Source: Sphyrna mokarran (Eukaryota). Taken from it: 64,000 nucleotides of DNA. Shown here piece after piece: positions 59,373 to 64,000 of the stretch. Every line of letters begins with the position of its first letter. Position 1 is the stretch's first letter. Location: the NCBI GenBank assembly GCA_024679065.1, contig JAGIQG010000024.1:2976001-3040000 (forward strand), written 5' to 3'. The notes under the pieces were generated by a model that was given only the letters and a program-made list of their open reading frames with translations, was not told the DNA's origin and searched no databases. The translations under genes were made by a program, and so were the position numbers.

Positions 59373-59374
59373 TG

Positions 59375-61258
59375 GTTAGGGCAAGATTTGGGCCAGCCAG
59401 GGACAGTAGTGGGAAGTTGTGTGTGGAGCCTGAAGAGATTGGAGAGACACTGAATGAGTATTTTTCGTCAGTATTCACGCAGGAAAAAGTCAATGTAGCT
59501 GAGGACAATACTGAGATACAGGCTTTTAGAGTAGACAGGATTGAGGTACATAAGGAGGAGGTGTTAGCAATTCTTTGAGGGTATGAAAATAGATAAGTCT
59601 CCTGGGCCGGATGGGATTTATCCTAGGATTCTTTGGGAGGCTAGGGAGGAGTTGCAGAGTCTTTGGCTTTGATCTTCATGTCGTCATTGGTTACAGGTAT
59701 AGTGCCGAAGACTGGAGGATAGCAAATGTTGTCCCCTTGTTCAAGAAGGGGAGTAGAGACCATCCTGGCAATTATAGACCAGTGATCTTTACTACTGTTG
59801 TGGGCAAAGTTTTGGAAAGAATTATAAAAGAAATAAAAGAATTATAAGTCCAACAAGGGGCATACACGCAATGGGTTGTGAGAGGGCTGCTCTTGGATTT
59901 TTCGAGAGGAGCCTTTTGCCTCATGTCATTAGTGTATGCTTAAACAGGACCAGTTGATGGGCAACACGACAGCTCAGTGACTATCACTGTTGCTGTGCAG
60001 ATACAGGAATTTGGGCTGGTATCTGTGGGACTTTGCGTATTCTCCCCATGCTTGCGTGGGTTTTCTCCGGGTGCTCCGGTTTCCTTCCACACCCCAAAGA
60101 TGTGCTCTTAGGCTGATTGGTGAAACGAATTGTCCCTAAATTATCTTTTCAATTTGGTTTCAATGCAGATTTCCATTAACATAGCCAAGGATCATGGGTG
60201 GAAGTGGGAATGTTAAAATGGCGGTGCAAGCTCCTTGGGCTGAAGGGCCTGTTTCCCACACTGTATTGTTCTTTGTTCTTTGATTTATAATCATCTAGAG
60301 AGAAATAAATTGATTAGGGATAGTCAACACAGTTTTGTGAAGAATAGGTCATGCCTCACAAACCTTATTGAGTTCTTTGAGAAGGTGAGCAAAGAGGTGG
60401 ATAAGGGTAAAGCAGTTGATGTGGTGTATATGGATTTTAGCGAAGCATTTGATAAGATTCTCCATGGTAGGCTACTGTGGAAAATACAGATGCATGGGAT
60501 TGAGGATGATATGGCAGTTTGGATCAGGAATTGGCTAGCTGATAGAAGACAGAGGGTGGTGGTTGATGGGAAATATTCAACCTGGAGTTCAGTAACAAGT
60601 GGTGTACCTCAGGGATCTGTTTTGGGGCCACTGCTGTTTGTCATTTTTATAAATGATCTAGATGAGGGTATAGAAGGATGGGTTAGTAAATTTGCTGACG
60701 ACACCAAAGTCAGAGGAGTTCTAGACAGTGAGGATGGATATTACAGTTTGCAGAGGGACACAGATAACCTGCCGAGCTGGGCTGAGAGGTGGCAAATGGA
60801 GTTTAATGCAGAAAAGTATGAAGTGATTCACTTTAGAAAGAGTAACAGGATTACAGAATATAGGGTCAATGGAAGGACTCTTGGTAGTATCGACAAGTGG
60901 AGAGAACTCGGTGTACGGGTGCATAGATCCCTGAAAGTTGGTATCGAGGTTGTTAAGGAGGCGTAAGGTGTGTTAGCTTTTATTGGTAAAGGGATTGAAT
61001 TTTGGAATAGTGAGATCATATTGCAACTGTAGAAAACGCTGGTGCAACTGCACTTTAAGTATTGTGTACAGTTCTGGTCGCCGCATTATAAGAAAGATAT
61101 GGAAACATTAGAAAGGGTGCAGAGGAGGTTTACCAGAATGTTGCCTGGTATGATGGGAAGGTCTTATGAGGAAAGGCTGAGGGACTTGAAGTTATTTTCG
61201 TTAGAGAGAAGAAGGATAAGAGGTGACCTAACTGAGGCATACAAGATGATGAGGGTGG
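59375..61258 (+). mobile_element. CR1 ORF2 fragment interrupted at about 59848-60280
   Basis: ORFs 59611-59847, 60280-60966 (KFADD), 61042-. Confidence 0.9.
59848..60280 (+). mobile_element. 3'UTR-only copy of the SINE-containing CR1 lineage
   Basis: Aligns with 27062-27485; has the terminal hairpin and (ttgttct)n tail. Confidence 0.85.
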
Positions 61259-61267
61259 AGAGTGAGA

Positions 61268-64000
61268 GCAAAGAACAAAGAGCAACACAGCACGGGAAAC
61301 AGGCCCTTCGGCCCAACGAGCCCATGCCGCCGTCCTAATGTCTTAATGACATATCCTTGACTTTAGGCTATGCCTATAGTTGAAGATTCCCATATTGGGA
61401 CCAATATAGGGACAATTTGTTACCCAATCAGCCTAAGAGCACATTTTTGGGATGTGGGAGGAAACCGGAGCACCCGGAGGAAACCCACGCAACCACGGGG
61501 AGAACGCGCAAACTCCCGCAGACACAGGCCCAAATCCATGTGTCAGCACAGCAACAGCGATAGTCTCTGAGCTGTCATGTTGCCCATCAGATGGTCCAGT
61601 TTAAGCATACACTGACGACGTGAAGCACTAGGCAACTCCTGAAGCAACCTCCAAGAGCAGCTCTCGCACGACATGCCGCATGCATGCCCCTTGTTGGTCA
61701 ACAAGGTGGACCGAATTGCCTGCGGAAACAAATAAGACTTAATTAAACATGCTAAAAAAAAACTAAGACATTCCCGAGACGAAACTAAAAGATAGTCTAC
61801 TACTATTTGGTCCTCCCGATATTCAAACAGTCCTGCTATATCCCTCTATCTGCAGACCGCTCATGTGGCTGTCCAAGAGACCCTTAAGCAACCCTAACGT
61901 GCCTGCTCCCACCCCTTACTCTGCAGTGCATTCTACACCCCCACTACCCTTTGTGTGAAAAACTGGCCTCTAATATTCTTCTTATACATAGCCCCCCTCA
62001 CCCTGAGCCCGTGACTCCTCTTTCTATCTATTTCTAATGGTGGAAAAAGCTTACCACCATTTACTCTATCTATACCCCTCATAATCTTATATACCTCTAA
62101 AAGATCCCCTCTCAGCCGACGTCTTTCAAAGGAAAACAACCCCAGTGTTTTCAATCTTTCCTCGTAAGACAGCCCTTCCATACCAGGCAGCATCCTGGTA
62201 AATCTCCTCTGCACTCTCTCCAGGGCCTCTACATCCTTCCTGTAGTACGGCGACCAGAACTGGACGCAGTACTCCAGATGAGGCCTAACCAACGTTCTAT
62301 ACACCTGCAACATCAGACTCCTACTCTTGTATTCTATACCCCTTCCTATGAAGGCTAACATACCATACGCTTTTTTTACCACATTCTCCACCTGTACTGA
62401 CACCTTCAGAGACTTGTGAACTTGCACCCCCAGGTCTCTCTGCATCTCTATACTCCGGATAGTTTTACCTTTTATCCTATAACTCCCCTCTACATTATTC
62501 CGGCCAAAATGCATCACCTCGCATTTATCCGGATTAAATTCCATTTGCCATCTATCTGCCCAATCTACCAGCCTATGTCATGTTGTATTGCCAGGCACTG
62601 CTCCTCAGTACCCGCCAATCCAATCATCTTAGTGTCATCAGCAAATTTGCTGATCACACCACCTACCCCCTCTTCCAAGTCATTTATATACACCACAAAT
62701 AGAAGGGGTCCTAGTACGGAGCCCTGTGGCACACCACTAGTGACAGACCTCTAGTTGGAAAAAGAGCCTTCTACTACTACCCGCTGTCTCCTCTTCCCAA
62801 GCCAGTTCTCAACCCATCTACATACCTGGCCCTGTATACCATGCGCCTTCACCTTTTCTATCAGCCTACCATGAGGGACCTTATCAAACGCCTTACTGAA
62901 ATCCATATAGACGACATCAACGGCTTGTCCTTCATCAACCGTTTTTGTCACCTCTTCAAAAAATTCCACTAGATTCGTAAGGCACGACCTCCCCTTAACG
63001 AAGCCATGCTGCGTATCCCTGATCAGATCGCAGCGCTCCAGATGCTCATACATCCTGTCCCTGAGGATCCTCTCCATTAGCTTACCTATAACTGAAGTCA
63101 AGCTCACCGGCCTATAGTTCCCTGGGTTATCCCTCTGACCCTTTTTAAACAACGGTACTACATTTGCAATCTTCCAGTCCTCTGGGACCTCCCCTGTGTC
63201 CAAAGAAGAGACAAAGATTTGCGTCAGAGGCCCAGCAATGTCATCTCTCACCTCCCTTAGCAGCCTGGGATAAATACCATCAGGCCCCGGAGCTTTATAA
63301 GTCTTTATGCTACCTAAAAGCCCCAACACTTCGTCCCTCGTAATGATTATTTCCTTTAACGGGTCCTCAAATTCCTCAAAGCCGGCATCAGACATCAGGC
63401 CCCTCTCCCGCGTGAATACCGACGCAAAGTATTCATTCAGGATCTCCCCCATTCCCTCAGGCTCTAAGCATAGTTCCCCTCCTCTGTCCCTGAGAGGTCC
63501 AATCTTCCCTCTAACCATCCTTTTGCTCCTTACATAGGAGTAAAATGCCTTAGGATTTTCCTTAATCCTACCTGCCAAAGCCATTTCGTGGCCCCTTTTT
63601 GCCTTTCTGACACCCCTTTTAAGATCCCGTCTACACTCTCTATATTTTTCCAGCGCTGCCTCTGTCCCCAGTTGCCTAGATCTAACGTACGCCTCCCGCT
63701 TCTTCCTGACCAAGTCCTCAATATCCCTAGTAACCCACGGTTCTCTAATCCTACCTTTCCCATCCTTCCTCCTTACCGGCACATGTCTTTCCTGCAAAAG
63801 TTTTAGTTTTCCCTTGAAAGACTCCCACATGTGCAGTGTCGACCTACCCTCGAACAGCTTATCCCAGTCGGTATCCCTAAGATCCTGCCTAATCTGGCTA
63901 TATCTAGCCCTCCCCCAGTTTAACACCCTCCCCTTAGGGCAGGCTTCATCTTTTTCCATTAATACCCTAAAGCAGACAGAGTTGTGGTCACTATTAGACA
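61268..64000 (-). mobile_element. CR1 LINE with SINE-containing 3'UTR (continues beyond the window)
   Basis: ORFs 62751-63959 and 61933-62544; closely related to 15098-18462. Confidence 0.96.

Noticed and set aside
61543-61731. Small conserved ORF3 in the CR1 3'UTR after the splice acceptor
   Set aside because: Stops and frameshifts differ among the copies at 15.5, 20.2, 27.0 and 61.7 kb; no shared open frame
2068-63806. Numerous 60-160 aa ORFs antisense to CR1/SINE copies
   Set aside because: Shadow frames of repeats; no independent coding evidence

Overview
This is eukaryotic DNA from a cartilaginous fish (shark-type HE1 V-SINEs, HER1/CR1 LINEs and Penelope elements); well over half of it is retroelement-derived. 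Host content: (1) the last three coding exons and 3'UTR of archease (zbtb8os, +, 5014-6652); (2) an intact tRNA-Gln(CTG) gene (-, 11715-11786) head-to-head with a CpG-rich putative first exon, followed by a 3-kb 37-bp minisatellite; (3) a GC-rich tandem-repeat/promoter-like island at 27.8-28.4 kb; (4) a complete 4-exon B7-family (CD276/PD-L1-like) gene (-, 45214-40302, 289 aa). Its IgC domain has Phe at both canonical Cys positions and its TM helix contains a Glu. (5) an inverted, open paralogous TM exon (+, 30462-30636) with no ectodomain exons found; (6) a housekeeping-type CpG promoter and first exon of an unidentified gene at 57.2 kb. The most unusual mobile-element observations are: a CR1 lineage, present in at least 5 copies, whose 3'UTR contains a captured whole HE1-type SINE preceded by a conserved splice acceptor; and a four-layer nest (RTE > Tx1 > CR1 > Penelope) in which the Penelope insertion makes a 1140-codon Penelope-RT/CR1-RT fusion frame broken by a single TGA. 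All alignments and translations were done by eye. Repeat boundaries are approximate unless a TSD is given.
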